Origin: Betaproteobacteria bacterium
Lineage (GTDB): Bacteria > Pseudomonadota > Gammaproteobacteria > Burkholderiales > SG8-39
Length of the DNA: 64,000 nt
Assembly (NCBI GenBank): GCA_005883675.1
Contig: VBCM01000191.1
Span: forward strand, 109 to 64,108
Direction: 5' to 3'
Shown here: positions 16,991 to 33,775 of the stretch, piece by piece
How the letters are laid out: the number at the start of each line of letters is the position of its first letter
Numbering within the stretch: position 1 is the first letter of the stretch
Program-made: the position numbers and the translations under genes
The notes under the pieces: generated by a model
What the model was told of the DNA's origin: nothing
Databases searched by the model: none
The model's input: only the letters and a program-made list of their open reading frames with translations

Positions 16991-17898
16991 CACGCTGATT
17001 CGGACCAGGCGCCGCGGATCATCGCCACGCCGTGCGCGCCTGCGCGCCAGGCGCGCGCCATGTCGGCCGGCGTGAGCCCGCCGATCGCATACACCGGAAT
17101 GCTCGCGCCCTGCGCGATCTCGCCGAAGCGCGCCCAGCCGAGCGCCGCGGCGCCGCGCTTCTCCAGCACCGGGCCGAGCACCGCGAAGTCGAGCTCGAGC
17201 GCCATGGCGCGCTCGAGCTCCTCGCGCGTATGGCACGACGCCGCCGCCAGACCGTGCGGCCTTTGCGCGACGCGCATGAGCTCGACAGCCGTGTAGTGCA
17301 CGCCATCGGCGCCCGGCGCGGGCGTCTTCGTCAGCACCTTGCAGCCATAGCGATGCGCGAGGCCGAGCACTTGCGCGGTGAAGGCTTCGCGCTGGCCGGG
17401 GTCGAGATCCGGCTCGCGCACTTGCACGAGCTTCAATCCGTGCTCGAGCCGGCGCTCGAGGGCGGCCAGCATGCGCGCCGGGCCCAGGTGGCCCGCATCG
17501 GTGATCGCGTACTCGTGCGCCAGCGCGAGCGAGGCGAGCACCGGTGCGTTCGCCGGCAGCATCGGCGAGACGCTCGGCGCCTCGAGCGCCTGCCAGGCGA
17601 TCGCCTGGTCTTCGCGCGGATGCGGCTCGCCCGCCCATTCCAAGACCCGGAAAAAGTTGAGCCGCACATGACCATGGGGATAAACGTATTCGCGGGTGAT
17701 CCATGGATAGACCGTGCGCACATCGATGCCGAGCTCCTCGTGCAGCTCCCGCGCGAGCGCGCGCTCGGCCGGCTCGCCGGCTTCGATCTTGCCGCCCGGG
17801 AATTCCCAGTAGCCGGCGTAGATCTTGCCGGGCGGTCGCTGCGCGAGCAGAAAGCGGCCGTCGGCACGCTGGATCACCGCGGCTGCGACTTCGATCAC
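16990..17898 (-). CDS. mutT: Nudix (MutT-type) hydrolase fused to a ThiE/TenI-like domain
   Basis: GTG start overlapping the upstream stop (GTGA). Nudix box GGKIEAGEPAERALARELHEELGI, C-terminal TMP-synthase-like barrel. Neighbours yacG/zapD/coaE as mutT does in E. coli. Confidence 0.82.
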   Translation of the reverse strand: MIEVAAAVIQRADGRFLLAQRPPGKIYAGYWEFPGGKIEAGEPAERALARELHEELGIDVRTVYPWITREYVYPHGHVRLNFFRVLEWAGEPHPREDQAIAWQALEAPSVSPMLPANAPVLASLALAHEYAITDAGHLGPARMLAALERRLEHGLKLVQVREPDLDPGQREAFTAQVLGLAHRYGCKVLTKTPAPGADGVHYTAVELMRVAQRPHGLAAASCHTREELERAMALELDFAVLGPVLEKRGAAALGWARFGEIAQGASIPVYAIGGLTPADMARAWRAGAHGVAMIRGAWSESA

Positions 17899-18746
17899 TT
17901 TTTGGGGTGCCGGCCCGCCCAGTCGCGCGCGAATTGATAGGCGACGCGGCCGCTGCGCGAGCCGCGTTGCAGCGACCACTGCAGCGCTTCCTCGCGCGCC
18001 GCGTCGCTCCACTTGGCGTCCAGCGTTTTCAGCCAGTGCTGCACGATGTCCAGATACTCGTCCTGGTCGAACGGGTAGAACGTCACCCAGAGGCCGAAGC
18101 GCTCGGAGAGCGAGATCTTTTCCTCCACCGTCTCGCCCGGATGGATCTCCTCGCCCACGTATTTGGTCTCGAGGTTCTCGGCCATGTACTCGGGCATCAG
18201 GTGCCGGCGATTGGAGGTCGCGTAGATCAGCAGGTTTTCGGAGGTGGTGGAGACCGAGCCGTCGAGCGCCACTTTCAGTGCGATATGGCCATCCTCGGCA
18301 CCGTGGAAGCTCAGGTCGTCGCAGAAGAGGAGGAAGCGCTCCTTGCGGTTCGCTACCTGGTCGACGATCTGCGGCAGGTCGACGAGGTCGTTCTTCTCGA
18401 CCTCGATGAGCCGCAGGCGCTGCTTGGCGTACTTGTTGAGAAGCCCCTTGACGATCGATGACTTGCCGGTGCCGCGGGCGCCGGTGAGCAGCACGTTGTT
18501 TGCCGGCACCCCCTGCAGAAACTGCCGCGTGTTCTGCTCCACGCGCTCGATCTGACGGTCGATGCCGCGCAGGTCGGCGAGCCGAATGCCATGCACTTGG
18601 CGCACCGGCTGCAGATAGCCTGCGGCGCCGCGGCGGCTCGCCGCGCGCCAGCGAAAGGCGATGCTGCCCGCCCAGTCGGTGGGCGGCGCGGCCTGCGGCA
18701 GCAGCTCTCCGAGCCGCTGCAGGATTTCTTCGAGCTCCTTGTTCAA
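17895..18746 (-). CDS. DUF815-family AAA ATPase
   Basis: 283 aa, Walker A LLTGARGTGKSS, Walker B LLFCDDLSF. Typical DUF815 length and layout. Confidence 0.75.
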   Translation of the reverse strand: MNKELEEILQRLGELLPQAAPPTDWAGSIAFRWRAASRRGAAGYLQPVRQVHGIRLADLRGIDRQIERVEQNTRQFLQGVPANNVLLTGARGTGKSSIVKGLLNKYAKQRLRLIEVEKNDLVDLPQIVDQVANRKERFLLFCDDLSFHGAEDGHIALKVALDGSVSTTSENLLIYATSNRRHLMPEYMAENLETKYVGEEIHPGETVEEKISLSERFGLWVTFYPFDQDEYLDIVQHWLKTLDAKWSDAAREEALQWSLQRGSRSGRVAYQFARDWAGRHPKK

Positions 18747-18756
18747 GTTCGGCGCA

Positions 18757-19962
18757 TCACGTCCTATATTCGGCGTTGATTTTCACGTAGTCGAACGACA
18801 GGTCACAAGTCCATATCGCGGCGCTTGCCGTGCCCCGGTGCAGCAGCACACGCACAGTGAATTCGGGCTTTTTCATCGCCGCCACGGCGAGCTCGTCCCG
18901 ATAGTCCGGGTCGCGCGCCCCGCCCCGGGCAACGCGCACCTGGTCGATATAGAGCTCGACCTTGGTCGTCTCGAGGCCTTTGACCGGCGCGTTGCCGATC
19001 GCGGCGAGGATGCGGCCGAGGTTCGGGTCGGAGGCGAAGAACGCGGTCTTCACGAGCGGCGAATGCGCGATGGCATAGGCGACGCGGCGGCACTCGTCCA
19101 CGTCGCGGCCCCGCTCGACTGCGATGGTGACGAACTTGGTCGCGCCTTCGGCGTCGCGCACGATCGCCTGCGCGAGATGGCGCGCCACCTCGCCGACCGC
19201 CACCTCGAGCTTGAGCCGATCGCGCCGCGTACGGGCGGGAGGCCCCTCGCCCGTGGCCGCGAGAACGAACGAATCGTTGGTGGAGGTGTCGCCATCGACT
19301 GTCACGCAGTTGAACGAGCGCTCGGCGACGCGCTCGAGAAGCGCCTGCAGGCTGCGGTTCTCGACGCGCGCATCGGTGGCGATGAAGGCAAGCAGGGTGG
19401 CCATGTCGGGCCGGATCATGCCGGCGCCCTTGGCAATGCCGGTGACGGCCGCGTTGCCGGCGGAGAGCCGCACCCTGCGCGAATAGGCCTTCGGCACGGT
19501 ATCGGTAGTCATGATGGCTTCAGCGGCCGAGAGCCAGTCGTCCTGGTGCATGAGCGCGTGCGGCAGCGCGGCGACGATGCGCTCGACCGGCAGCGGCTCC
19601 ATGATGACGCCGGTCGAGAACGGCAGGATCTGCTGCGGCTCGCAGCCAAGATGGCTCGCGAGCGCCTCGCACACGAGCATCGCGTGCTCTAGTCCGCGCT
19701 TGCCGGTGCCGGCGTTGGCGTTGCCGGTGTTGACCACCAGCGCGTGCACCTCGTTGCGCAGGTGCTTGCGTGCGAGAAGCACCGGCGCCGCGCAAAAGCG
19801 GTTCTGCGTGAACACGGCCGCCACGCTGCTGCCCGGGGTCAAGCGCATCACGAGCAAGTCCTTGCGGTTGCTCTTCCGCACGCCGGCCATCGCCACGCCG
19901 AGCTCGACTCCGGGGACGGGATAAAGGGACGCGCGGTCGGGTGGCGGCAGATTGACCGCCAT
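18757..19962 (-). CDS. argJ: bifunctional glutamate N-acetyltransferase / amino-acid acetyltransferase ArgJ
   Basis: Internal ATG at 19962 (MAVNLPPP...). Motifs GVRKSNRKDL, NTGNANAGTG, autoproteolysis region ATLLAFIATDA, C-terminal INAEYRT. Confidence 0.93.
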   Translation of the reverse strand: MAVNLPPPDRASLYPVPGVELGVAMAGVRKSNRKDLLVMRLTPGSSVAAVFTQNRFCAAPVLLARKHLRNEVHALVVNTGNANAGTGKRGLEHAMLVCEALASHLGCEPQQILPFSTGVIMEPLPVERIVAALPHALMHQDDWLSAAEAIMTTDTVPKAYSRRVRLSAGNAAVTGIAKGAGMIRPDMATLLAFIATDARVENRSLQALLERVAERSFNCVTVDGDTSTNDSFVLAATGEGPPARTRRDRLKLEVAVGEVARHLAQAIVRDAEGATKFVTIAVERGRDVDECRRVAYAIAHSPLVKTAFFASDPNLGRILAAIGNAPVKGLETTKVELYIDQVRVARGGARDPDYRDELAVAAMKKPEFTVRVLLHRGTASAAIWTCDLSFDYVKINAEYRT

Positions 19963-19964
19963 CG

Positions 19965-22727
<2,763 letters not shown>

Positions 22728-22862
22728 TTCGGCGACGCGGCGCCCGAACTGAAGGTATCTCACCATGAAGGACGCAAGCCCTGGCGGGCCGGCGTAAAGC
22801 GAGCTCCGGGAAAGCGCAGGATGTTATCACGCCGAGGCGCGCGGCCTCGGCGCTGGAGGCCG

Positions 22863-23822
22863 TTACTCGGCCGCGGCGGCCGCGGTCTTCGCCGCGGCGC
22901 GCGCCGGCGGCACGGAGGCGAGCAGGAACTTGGTCGGGTTCTGCGCCGCGCCCCGGAAGCGCACTTCGAAATGCAGATGCGGGCCGGTGGAGCGACCGGT
23001 CGAGCCGACCTCGGCGATCTTGCGTCCGCGCGCCACCACGTCGCCGTCCTTGACGAACAGCTTCGAGCAGTGCGCGTAGCGCGTGACGAGATCGTTGCCG
23101 TGGTCGATGTCGACCACGTATCCGTACTGCGGATGAAAGCCGGCGAACACCACCACGCCGCCGGCGGCGGCGGCGATCGGCGAGCCGGCGTCGGCGAGGA
23201 AATCGATGCCTTCGTGCATCGCCCACTGGCCGGTGAAGGGATCGATGCGCCGGCCGAAGCTCGACGCGCTAAAGGGCGCCCTCACGGGCAGCATGGTCGG
23301 CAGGAGTTTTTTCTTCACCGCCTGCTCGAAGAGCTGCGACTCGAGCACGCCGAGCATGTCGTTGCGGTTCTCGAGCTGGCGCGACAGTTCGAGGAGCTTC
23401 TGGCTGAAGTCGCCGAGCGACAGGTTCTGCGGCGGCATCAGCGTCGGCGCCGCGCCGCCGATGCCGGGCGCCTCGCTCAAGCGCACGTCGCGCACGCCGG
23501 CGAGCGAGGCGAGGCGCTCGCCAAGCGCATCGAGGCGCGTAAGCTGCGCCTGCATCTCGCCGAGCTTGACGGCCATGGCGTTCAGGTTCTGTTGCACGAA
23601 GGCGCGGTTGCGCTCGGCTTCGGTTTCGTGCGCCGCGAGCACCAGGCGCTGTAGCGCCGGCAGCGGCACTTCTGCGGCATAGCGCAGCGTCAGCCAGTAG
23701 ACGGCGGCGGTGGCGGCGAGCACCACGAGGAGCAGGGCGGTGGCGCTCGCCACCAGGTGCACGGCGGACAGCGTGACTGATCTCGCCTTGGCCAGCCGAT
23801 CCGAGATCAGGATAATCTGCAC
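22863..23822 (-). CDS. M23 family metallopeptidase (membrane anchored, coiled-coil N-terminal part)
   Basis: GTG at 23822 preceded by GGGAGGGAG. TM helix, then LytM domain HEGIDF...GYVVDIDHG...VGSTGRSTGPHLHFEV. Confidence 0.85.
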   Translation of the reverse strand: MQIILISDRLAKARSVTLSAVHLVASATALLLVVLAATAAVYWLTLRYAAEVPLPALQRLVLAAHETEAERNRAFVQQNLNAMAVKLGEMQAQLTRLDALGERLASLAGVRDVRLSEAPGIGGAAPTLMPPQNLSLGDFSQKLLELSRQLENRNDMLGVLESQLFEQAVKKKLLPTMLPVRAPFSASSFGRRIDPFTGQWAMHEGIDFLADAGSPIAAAAGGVVVFAGFHPQYGYVVDIDHGNDLVTRYAHCSKLFVKDGDVVARGRKIAEVGSTGRSTGPHLHFEVRFRGAAQNPTKFLLASVPPARAAAKTAAAAAE

Positions 23823-23837
23823 GTCTCCCTCCCAACT

Positions 23838-23867
23838 ACGCGACTCGTTTTGACGCGACTCGTTTTG
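23838..23867. repeat. perfect 15-bp tandem direct repeat (ACGCGACTCGTTTTG x2)
   Basis: Read directly: 23838-23852 and 23853-23867 are identical. Each copy ends in a TTG that could start the DciA-like gene. Confidence 0.95.
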
Positions 23868-24311
23868 CTGCCTGCCAAACTCGACCGCATCCTCGCGGCC
23901 GAAGGCGACCTGCAGCCGGTTCTTGCCAAGACCCGCGATCTGCGCGCTTTCAGCGAGCTCGTTCGGAATTTCTTGACTGCCGAGCTCCACACCCAGACCC
24001 GCGTCGCCAATTTCAAGGACGGAAAGCTGGTGCTGCTTGCCGCGAATTCCGCCGTCGCTGCGAAGCTTCGGCTGCTCGCACCAGCGCTTGAGCGCTTCCT
24101 CCAAGAACGGCGAATGCAGGTTAATTTAGTTTCAGTGAGGGTGCAACCGATCGAGTCACTTAAGACGGCAGGTGACGCGCAAAAAAGCGTGCATTTCTCC
24201 ACACCTGCGCTCGAGCGGTTGCGTGAGCTGCATGAGCGGCTGCCAGCGTCGCCGGCGCGCGATGCTCTGGCGAGAATGCTGCGCCGCCACGGCGCGCTGC
24301 CGAACGATTAG
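23850..24311 (+). CDS. DUF721 (DciA-like) protein
   Basis: 153 aa. Pattern L..FL.AEL...[27 protein letters not shown] resembles DUF721. Position between lpxC and M23-secA is as in many Betaproteobacteria. Start is TTG at 23850 or 23865. Confidence 0.6.
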   Translation: MTRLVLLPAKLDRILAAEGDLQPVLAKTRDLRAFSELVRNFLTAELHTQTRVANFKDGKLVLLAANSAVAAKLRLLAPALERFLQERRMQVNLVSVRVQPIESLKTAGDAQKSVHFSTPALERLRELHERLPASPARDALARMLRRHGALPND

Positions 24312-25222
24312 CCGTATTGCGTTGCTAGGCGCGCCACGCCGGCGGGCGTGTCCTCGGGGCGCTCGAAGGTGACGGTCTCCAAGGCATCGGCCTGCGCCAG
24401 CACTGCACGCAGCAGGCGATTGTTGAGCGCATGCCCCGATTTGTGTGCGGCGAAGGCTCCGAGGAGCGGCTTGCCGAGGAGATAGAGATCGCCGATCGCA
24501 TCGAGCAGCTTATGGCGGATGAACTCGTCGGCGAAGCGCAAGCCTTCCGCATTCAGCACGCGATATTCGTCGAGCACCACCGCGTTGTCCAAGCCGCCGC
24601 CGAGCGCGAGGCCGCTGTCGCGCAGATCTTCCACCTCGTGCATGAAACCAAATGTGCGGGCACGGGCGATTTCCTTCAGGTACGACGTCTCGGCGAAATC
24701 GACTTCGACCGCCTGCGTGGAGCGCTCGATCACCGGGTGGCGGAAATCGATGGAGAAGGAAAGCTTGTAGCCCTCGTAGGGCTCGAGGCGCGCCCATTTG
24801 TCGCCGTCGCTCACTTCCACGCGCCGCGTCACGCGCAGGAAGCGCTTGGGCGCCGCCTGCTCGAGCACGCCCGCCTGCTGGATGAGGAGGACGTAGGGCG
24901 AGGCGCTGCCATCCATGATCGGCAGCTCGGCGGCATCGAGATCGACATACGCGTTGTCGACGCCGAGCCCGCCGAGCGCGGACATCAAGTGCTCCACGGT
25001 GTAGATCTTCACGCCGTCGCGCACGAGGCAGGACGAAAGGCGCGTCTCGCCAACGAGCTCGGCGCGCGCGGGAATGTCGACCGGCGAGGCGAGGTCGATG
25101 CGCCGGAACACGATGCCGCTATCGGGCGGCGCGGGCCGCAGCGTTATGCGAACCTTCTGCCCGGTGTGCAGGCCGACGCCGGCGGCAGAGACCAGCGCCT
25201 TAAGAGTGCGTTGTCGCAGCAT
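24308..25222 (-). CDS. lpxC: UDP-3-O-acyl-N-acetylglucosamine deacetylase
   Basis: 304 aa. MLRQRTLK...[36 protein letters not shown]. Confidence 0.96.
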   Translation of the reverse strand: MLRQRTLKALVSAAGVGLHTGQKVRITLRPAPPDSGIVFRRIDLASPVDIPARAELVGETRLSSCLVRDGVKIYTVEHLMSALGGLGVDNAYVDLDAAELPIMDGSASPYVLLIQQAGVLEQAAPKRFLRVTRRVEVSDGDKWARLEPYEGYKLSFSIDFRHPVIERSTQAVEVDFAETSYLKEIARARTFGFMHEVEDLRDSGLALGGGLDNAVVLDEYRVLNAEGLRFADEFIRHKLLDAIGDLYLLGKPLLGAFAAHKSGHALNNRLLRAVLAQADALETVTFERPEDTPAGVARLATQYG

Positions 25223-25262
25223 CGCTAGGGAGTGGCCGATTCTAGCAAAGACACGCGCCTCA

Positions 25263-26429
25263 TCAGTCCGCCTGCTTGCGCAGAAATGCCGGGATGTCGT
25301 ACTTGTCGACGCCGCTTTGCTGCAAGGCCTCCACCGTGGAAGCGCGGTTACGCCTGATCACCGCCGGCACCGCATCGAGCTGGTTGTAGTCCACCGGTCC
25401 GGGCAGATTGTCGGTGCCGGTCTTTTGCCCTGTCACGTTACTGAGCACGAGCTGGGGCTTGGGCGCGCGCGCGGCCGCCGCTACGCCGAGCCCCGTCGCT
25501 ACGACGGTCACGCGCAGCTGGTCCTCCAGCGCATCGTCGTAGACGCCGCCGTAAATGATGGTCGCGTCCTCGGCGGCGAAGGCACGGATGATGTTCATCA
25601 CCTCTTTGGTCTCGCGCAGCTTGAGGCTCGACTTCGATGCGGTGATGTTCACCAGCACGCCACGCGCGCCGGCGAGGTTCACGCCTTCGAGCAGCGGGCA
25701 GGCAATCGCCTGCTCCGCCGCGATGCGGGCGCGATCGATGCCGCTCGCGCTCGCCGAGCCCATCATCGCCATGCCCTGCTCGGACATCACGGTGCGCACG
25801 TCCTGGAAGTCGACGTTGACGAGGCCCGGGTTGTTGATGATCTCGGCGATGCCGGCCACGGCGTTGTTCAGCACGTCGTCGGCCGCCTTGAAGGCGTCCT
25901 CCTGCGTAACGTCCTCGCCCAGCACCTCTTCCAGCTTGTCGTTGAGGATGACGATCAGCGAATCGACGTGCGGCCCGAGCGCTTCCAGCCCGCCCTCGGC
26001 GACCTTCATGCGCCTGGAGCCCTCGAACGTGAAGGGCTTGGTTACGACCGCGACCGTGAGGATGCCGAGCGAGCGCGCCACCTCGGCGATCACCGGCGCC
26101 GCTCCCGTGCCGGTGCCGCCGCCCATGCCGGCGGTGATGAACACCATGTGCGCGCCGGCGAGCGCCTCCTCGATGCGGTCGCGCTCGGCGAGCGCTACCG
26201 CGCGCGCTTCCTCGGGCTTCGCGCCTGCGCCGAGGCCGCTCGAGCCGAGCTGGATCTGGCTAGGCGAGCGGTTGCGCGCGAGCACCTGGGCATCGGTATT
26301 GACGGCGATGAACTCCACGCCCTGCACGCCCTGCTCGATCATGTGATTGACGGCGTTGCCGCCCGCGCCGCCCACGCCCACCACCTTGATGATTGGCCCC
26401 GTCACCTGGCTGTCTACGATTTCGAACAT
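25263..26429 (-). CDS. ftsZ: cell division GTPase FtsZ
   Basis: 388 aa, [11 protein letters not shown] and [10 protein letters not shown] tubulin signature, C-terminal [11 protein letters not shown]. Confidence 0.98.
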   Translation of the reverse strand: MFEIVDSQVTGPIIKVVGVGGAGGNAVNHMIEQGVQGVEFIAVNTDAQVLARNRSPSQIQLGSSGLGAGAKPEEARAVALAERDRIEEALAGAHMVFITAGMGGGTGTGAAPVIAEVARSLGILTVAVVTKPFTFEGSRRMKVAEGGLEALGPHVDSLIVILNDKLEEVLGEDVTQEDAFKAADDVLNNAVAGIAEIINNPGLVNVDFQDVRTVMSEQGMAMMGSASASGIDRARIAAEQAIACPLLEGVNLAGARGVLVNITASKSSLKLRETKEVMNIIRAFAAEDATIIYGGVYDDALEDQLRVTVVATGLGVAAAARAPKPQLVLSNVTGQKTGTDNLPGPVDYNQLDAVPAVIRRNRASTVEALQQSGVDKYDIPAFLRKQAD

Positions 26430-26459
26430 GTTGTTGTCTCCTTGCCGTTGTTATTGACT

Positions 26460-27688
26460 TCAAAAGTTGCGCTGAAACCACTCCCGCATGCGCCCGAGCA
26501 CCGCTCGTACCGAGCCGCTCTGGCGCGAAAGCCGGCCGTGCTGCATCTGGGAAACGCCTTCGAGCAAAAGCCCGACTGCGGTGGCGTAGCGCGGCGCACG
26601 CACGACGTCGGCGAGGCCGCCGGCGTAGCGCGGCACGCCGATCCTCACCGGCATGTGGAAGATCTCTTCGCCGAGCTCGACCATGCCCTGCATCACCGCC
26701 GAGCCTCCGGTCAGCACGATGCCGCTCGAGAGCAGCTCCTCGAAGCCCGAGTCGCGCAGCGCGTGCTGCACGAGCGAGTAGAGCTCCTCCACGCGTGGCT
26801 CGATCACCTCGGCGAGCGTCTGGCGCGACAGCGTGCGCGTGCCGCGCTCGCCGATGCCCGGCACTTCCAGCATCTGATTCGGATCGGCCAGCTGGCGCAG
26901 CGCCACGCCGTGGCGGATTTTCAGCGCTTCGGCGTCCGCCGTCGGCGTGCGCAGCGCCATGGCGATGTCGTTGGTGATCTGGTCGCCAGCGATCGGCACC
27001 ACCGCGGTGTGGCGGATCGCGCCGTGGGTGAAGACCGCGATGTCGGTCGTGCCGCCGCCGATGTCGAGCAGGCACACCCCGAGGTCCTTCTCGTCCTCGG
27101 AGAGCACGGCGCGCGACGAGGCGAGCGGCTGCAGCACCAGGTCCTTCACCTCGATGCCGCAGCGGCGCACGCATTTGATGATGTTCTGCGCCGCCGACAC
27201 GGCGCCCGTGACGATGTGCACCTTCACTTCGAGCCGCACGCCCGACATGCCGATCGGCTCGCGCACGTCTTCCTGACCGTCGATGATGAATTCCTGCCGC
27301 AGCACGTGCAGGATCTGCTGGTCGGTGGGGATGTTGACCGCGCGTGCGGTTTCGATCGCGCGGTCGACGTCCATCACGCCCACTTCGCGGTCCTTCACCG
27401 CGACCATTCCGGTGGAGTTGAAGCTGCGGATGTGGCTGCCGGCGATGCCGACGTAGGCCGCGGCGATCTTGCAGTCGGCCATGAGCTCCGCTTCCTCGAG
27501 GGCGCGCTGGATCGCGGCCACAGTGGCTTCGATATTGACCACCACGCCTTTCTTCAGTCCCTTTGACGGATGCGAACCCATGCCGAGGATTTCGAGCGCG
27601 CCATCGGCGCCCAGCTCGGCGACGAGGCATGCGACCTTCGAGGTGCCGATGTCGAGCGCGACGACCAGGTTCTTGTTTTCTTTCGCCA

Positions 27689-27689
<1 letters not shown>
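26460..27689 (-). CDS. ftsA: cell division protein FtsA
   Basis: 409 aa actin-like ATPase (LDIGTSKV, DIGGGTTDIAV). Confidence 0.97.
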
Positions 27690-30186
<2,497 letters not shown>

Positions 30187-30190
<4 letters not shown>

Positions 30191-31563
30191 GCGAGCTGCC
30201 CGGCAACGTTGCCGATCGATCCCGCGCCCATGATGAGCACGAGGTCGCCGTCGCGCGCGACGCGCCGGATCGCCGCCGGCAGCTCGGCGATGTCCTCGAC
30301 GTAGATCGGCTCCACCTGCCCCGCAACGCGCACCGCACGCGCGAGCGAGCGCGCGTCGGCGGCGAGGATCGGCGCTTCGCCCGCCGCATAGACCTCCGCG
30401 AGCAGCAGCACATCCGCGCTCGAGAGCACCCTCACGAAGTCCTCGAAGAGGTCGCGCGTGCGCGTGTAGCGATGCGGCTGGAACGCGAGCACCACGCGCC
30501 GCCCAGGAAAGGCGCCGCGCGTCGCCTCCAGCGTCGCCGCCATCTCGGCGGGGTGGTGCCCGTAATCATCGATCAGCGTGAAGCTGCCGCCGCCTTCGAG
30601 CGCGAGCTCGCCGTGGTTCTGGAAGCGCCGGCCGACGCCGCGAAATTCGGCAAGCGCCTTGAGCAGCGCCGCGTCCGGCACACCGATCTCCTCGGCCACC
30701 GCGATGGCGGCGAGCGCATTGAGCACGTTGTGCCGGCCGGGCAGGTTGAGCAGCACGTCGAGCGGGCGCGCCCCGCGCCGCTCGGCGCGAAAGCGCATGC
30801 GCGCACCGTCGTGCGCGACCGTCGCGGCGCGGATGCTGCAGTCGGCGCCGCTGCCGTAGGTCACCACCGGCTTCGAGACGAGCGGCAGGATGTCGCGCAC
30901 GTGGGGGTCGTCCGCGCACAGGATCGCCGCGCCGTAGAAAGGCAGGTTCTGCAGGAACTGCACGAACGCTTGCTTCAGGCGAGAAAAATCCTGCCCATAG
31001 GTGTCCATGTGATCGGCGTCGATGTTGGTCACAACGGCGATCACCGGCTGCAGGTGCAGGAACGAGGCGTCCGACTCATCTGCCTCGACGACGATGAAGT
31101 CGCCGCTGCCCAGGCGCGCACTGCTGCCGGCGGCGTTGAGGCGTCCCCCGATCACGAACGTCGGATCGAGGCCGCCCTCGGCCAGCACGCTCGCGACGAG
31201 GCTCGTGGTGGTGGTCTTGCCATGCGTGCCGGCGATGGCGACCCCGCGCTTGAGCCGCATCAGCTCGGCAAGCATCAGCGCGCGCGGCACGACCGGCACG
31301 CGCCGCTCGCGCGCCGCCGCGACCTCAGGATTCTCGGGCTGCACAGCGCTCGACACGACCACGGCATCCGCGCCCTCGATCTGCTCGGCCCGATGCCCGA
31401 GGAAGATCTTCACGCCGAGGCCGCCGAGCCTGCGGGTCGCGGCGTTCGCCGCGTGGTCCGAGCCGCTCACCTGGTAGCCGAGATTGGCGAGCACTTCCGC
31501 GATCCCCGACATGCCCGCCCCGCCGATGCCGACGAAATGGATGCGCCGCACCTTATGTTTCAT
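30187..31563 (-). CDS. murC: UDP-N-acetylmuramate--L-alanine ligase
   Basis: Second ATG ([24 protein letters not shown]), GTHGKTTTT. Overlaps the murG stop. Confidence 0.96.
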
Positions 31564-32615
31564 CGCGCGAGCTCCATGCAACGCTGGGCGACGACGCGGG
31601 CGGCGTCGGGCTTGCCGAGCGCGCGCGCGTTCTGCGCCATCTTCAGTAGCGCCGGCCGGTCGAGCGCACCGATGAGCGTGGCGAGCCGCCCGGCGCTGAG
31701 CTCGGGCTGCGGCAGCAGGATGGCCGCGCCGCGCTCGGCGAGAAAGCGCGCGTTCGCTGACTGGTGGTCGTCAACCGCGTGCGGAAAAGGCACGAGGATG
31801 CTCGCCATGCCGCCCGCGCAGAGCTCGGCGATGGTCACCGCACCGGCGCGGCAGATGACGAGATCCGCCTCGGCGTAGCGGCGCGCCATGTCGTCGATGA
31901 AGGCGACGAGCTCTCCTTGCACGCCGGCAGCGGCATAGGCGGTGCGCAGTGCTTCGAGCTGCTTCTCGCCGGACTGGTGCACCACCCATGGCCGCTCGGC
32001 GAGCAGCGCGAGCGCGCGCGGCACGGCTTCGTTCAGGGCTTTCGCGCCGAGGCTGCCGCCGACGATAAGCAAACGCAGCGGCCCTTCGCGCTGGCGGAAG
32101 CGCTCATCGGGCGGGGCGATACCCGCGATCTCGCTGCGCACCGGATTTCCGGTCCACTCGGCGCCGCAGAGCGCCTTCGGGAAGCCGACCATCACCTTGT
32201 CCGAGACGCTGGCGAGCACGCGGTTGGCAAGGCCGGCGATGGCGTTTTGCTCGTGCAGCGCGAGCGGCCGCCCGAGGAGCGAGGCCATCATGCCGCCCGG
32301 AAACGCGACGTAGCCGCCCAGCCCCAGCACCACGTCCGGGCGGATGCGCCTTATATGGCGCGCGCTTTCCCAGAACGAGTAGAGCAGATTCGCCGGCAGC
32401 AGGAGCTTCTGCACCAGGCCTTTGCCTCTCGCCGCGCGTGCGCGGATCCAGGCCGCAGCATAGCCGTGGCGCGGCACGAGCCGCTCTTCCATGCCGCCGC
32501 GCGCTCCCATCCACACGACCTGCCAGCCTGCGGCACGCGCCTCGTGCGCGACCGCGAGCCCGGGGAAAATATGGCCGCCCGTGCCGCCCGCCATGATGAG
32601 CAGCGTGCGGCTCAT
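31560..32615 (-). CDS. murG: undecaprenyldiphospho-muramoylpentapeptide beta-N-acetylglucosaminyltransferase
   Basis: Internal ATG at 32615 ([23 protein letters not shown]). The remainder of ORF 31560..33020 upstream is noise overlapping ftsW. Confidence 0.95.
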   Translation of the reverse strand: MSRTLLIMAGGTGGHIFPGLAVAHEARAAGWQVVWMGARGGMEERLVPRHGYAAAWIRARAARGKGLVQKLLLPANLLYSFWESARHIRRIRPDVVLGLGGYVAFPGGMMASLLGRPLALHEQNAIAGLANRVLASVSDKVMVGFPKALCGAEWTGNPVRSEIAGIAPPDERFRQREGPLRLLIVGGSLGAKALNEAVPRALALLAERPWVVHQSGEKQLEALRTAYAAAGVQGELVAFIDDMARRYAEADLVICRAGAVTIAELCAGGMASILVPFPHAVDDHQSANARFLAERGAAILLPQPELSAGRLATLIGALDRPALLKMAQNARALGKPDAARVVAQRCMELAR

Positions 32616-33775
32616 GCGTGAAGCCCGCGAGCAAGCTGGCGGTTCTCCCAGTCGATGCGCAGGAGGATCGCGATGGCGACGAAGTTGGCCACGAGCCCGG
32701 AGCCGCCGTAGCTCATGAGCGGCAGCGTCAGGCCCTTGGTGGGCAGCAATCCCATGTTCACGCCCATGTTGATGAACGCCTGGGCGCCGAGCCAGATGCC
32801 GATGCCCTGGGCGGCGAGCGCTGCGAAATGGCGCTCGCGCGAGCGCGCCTCGCGCGCGATGGCGAAGGCGCGCGCCACGATCCACGCGAAGAGCGCGACC
32901 ACCGCCGCGACGCCCGCGAAGCCGAGCTCCTCGGCGAGCACCGCGAGAAGGAAATCGGTATGCGCCTCGGGCAGGTAATGGAGCTTCTCGACGCTCGCGC
33001 CGAGGCCCACGCCGAGCCACTCGCCCCGCCCGAAGGCGATGAGCGCGTGCGAGAGCTGGTAGCCGCTGCCGAAAGCATCGGACCAGGGATCCATGTAGCC
33101 GAAGATGCGGTGCATGCGATACGGCGAGGCGAGCACGAGCACGGCGAAGCCGCCAAGCAGCATGGCAAGGAGCGCCGCGAAGTGCCGTCCGTTCATGCCG
33201 CCCAGAAAGAGCACCGCGAACGCGCTCGCGGCAATCACGACGAGCGCGCCGAAGTCGGGCTCGCGCAGGAGCAGCCAGGCCACGACCAGCATCACCGCGA
33301 GCATGGGCAGCAGGCCCCGCTTGAAGCTCTTCAGCACGCTATGCTTGCGCACGGTGTAATCGGCGGCATAGAGCACGGCGGCGAGCTTCATCAGCTCGGA
33401 GGGCTGGGCGCTCACGATCGGCAGCGCGAGCCACCGCCGCGCGCCGTTTACTTCACGACCAATGCCGGGGACCAGCACCGCGACGAGCAGCGCCATGCCG
33501 GCGAGGAAAAGCAGCGGCGCCGCCTGCTGCCAGTGTCTTGCCGGCACGAGGAACACCATCAGCGCCCCGGCGAGCGCCACGGCGAAGAACATGCCGTGGC
33601 GCATCAGGAACCACGTCGCGCTGTGGCCGGTGTAGCGGTTCTCCTCCGCCGTCGCAATCGACGCGGAGTAGACCATCACCAGCCCGGTCGCCGCGAGGAG
33701 CAAAGCGGCCCAGGCCAGCGAACGGTCGTATTCGGCGGCAGGGGCGTTGCGCGCGGGCACGAAGGTCTGGCTCAT
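32612..33775 (-). CDS. ftsW: peptidoglycan glycosyltransferase FtsW (SEDS family)
   Basis: Internal ATG at 33775, ATGA overlap with the murD stop. Polytopic, [25 protein letters not shown]. Confidence 0.94.
   Translation of the reverse strand: MSQTFVPARNAPAAEYDRSLAWAALLLAATGLVMVYSASIATAEENRYTGHSATWFLMRHGMFFAVALAGALMVFLVPARHWQQAAPLLFLAGMALLVAVLVPGIGREVNGARRWLALPIVSAQPSELMKLAAVLYAADYTVRKHSVLKSFKRGLLPMLAVMLVVAWLLLREPDFGALVVIAASAFAVLFLGGMNGRHFAALLAMLLGGFAVLVLASPYRMHRIFGYMDPWSDAFGSGYQLSHALIAFGRGEWLGVGLGASVEKLHYLPEAHTDFLLAVLAEELGFAGVAAVVALFAWIVARAFAIAREARSRERHFAALAAQGIGIWLGAQAFINMGVNMGLLPTKGLTLPLMSYGGSGLVANFVAIAILLRIDWENRQLARGLHA

Noticed and set aside
22831-22851. Hairpin GCCGAGGC-gcgcg-GCCTCGGC between the M23 peptidase stop and the secA start, as an intrinsic terminator
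   Set aside because: An 8-bp GC stem is present, but there is no U-tract on the relevant (minus) strand. In this GC-rich DNA such stems arise easily.
25074-27566. 830-codon plus-strand ORF
   Set aside because: It is antisense to ftsZ and ftsA, with the same low-complexity Arg/Ala/Asp/His composition. The minus strand carries unambiguous FtsZ and FtsA.
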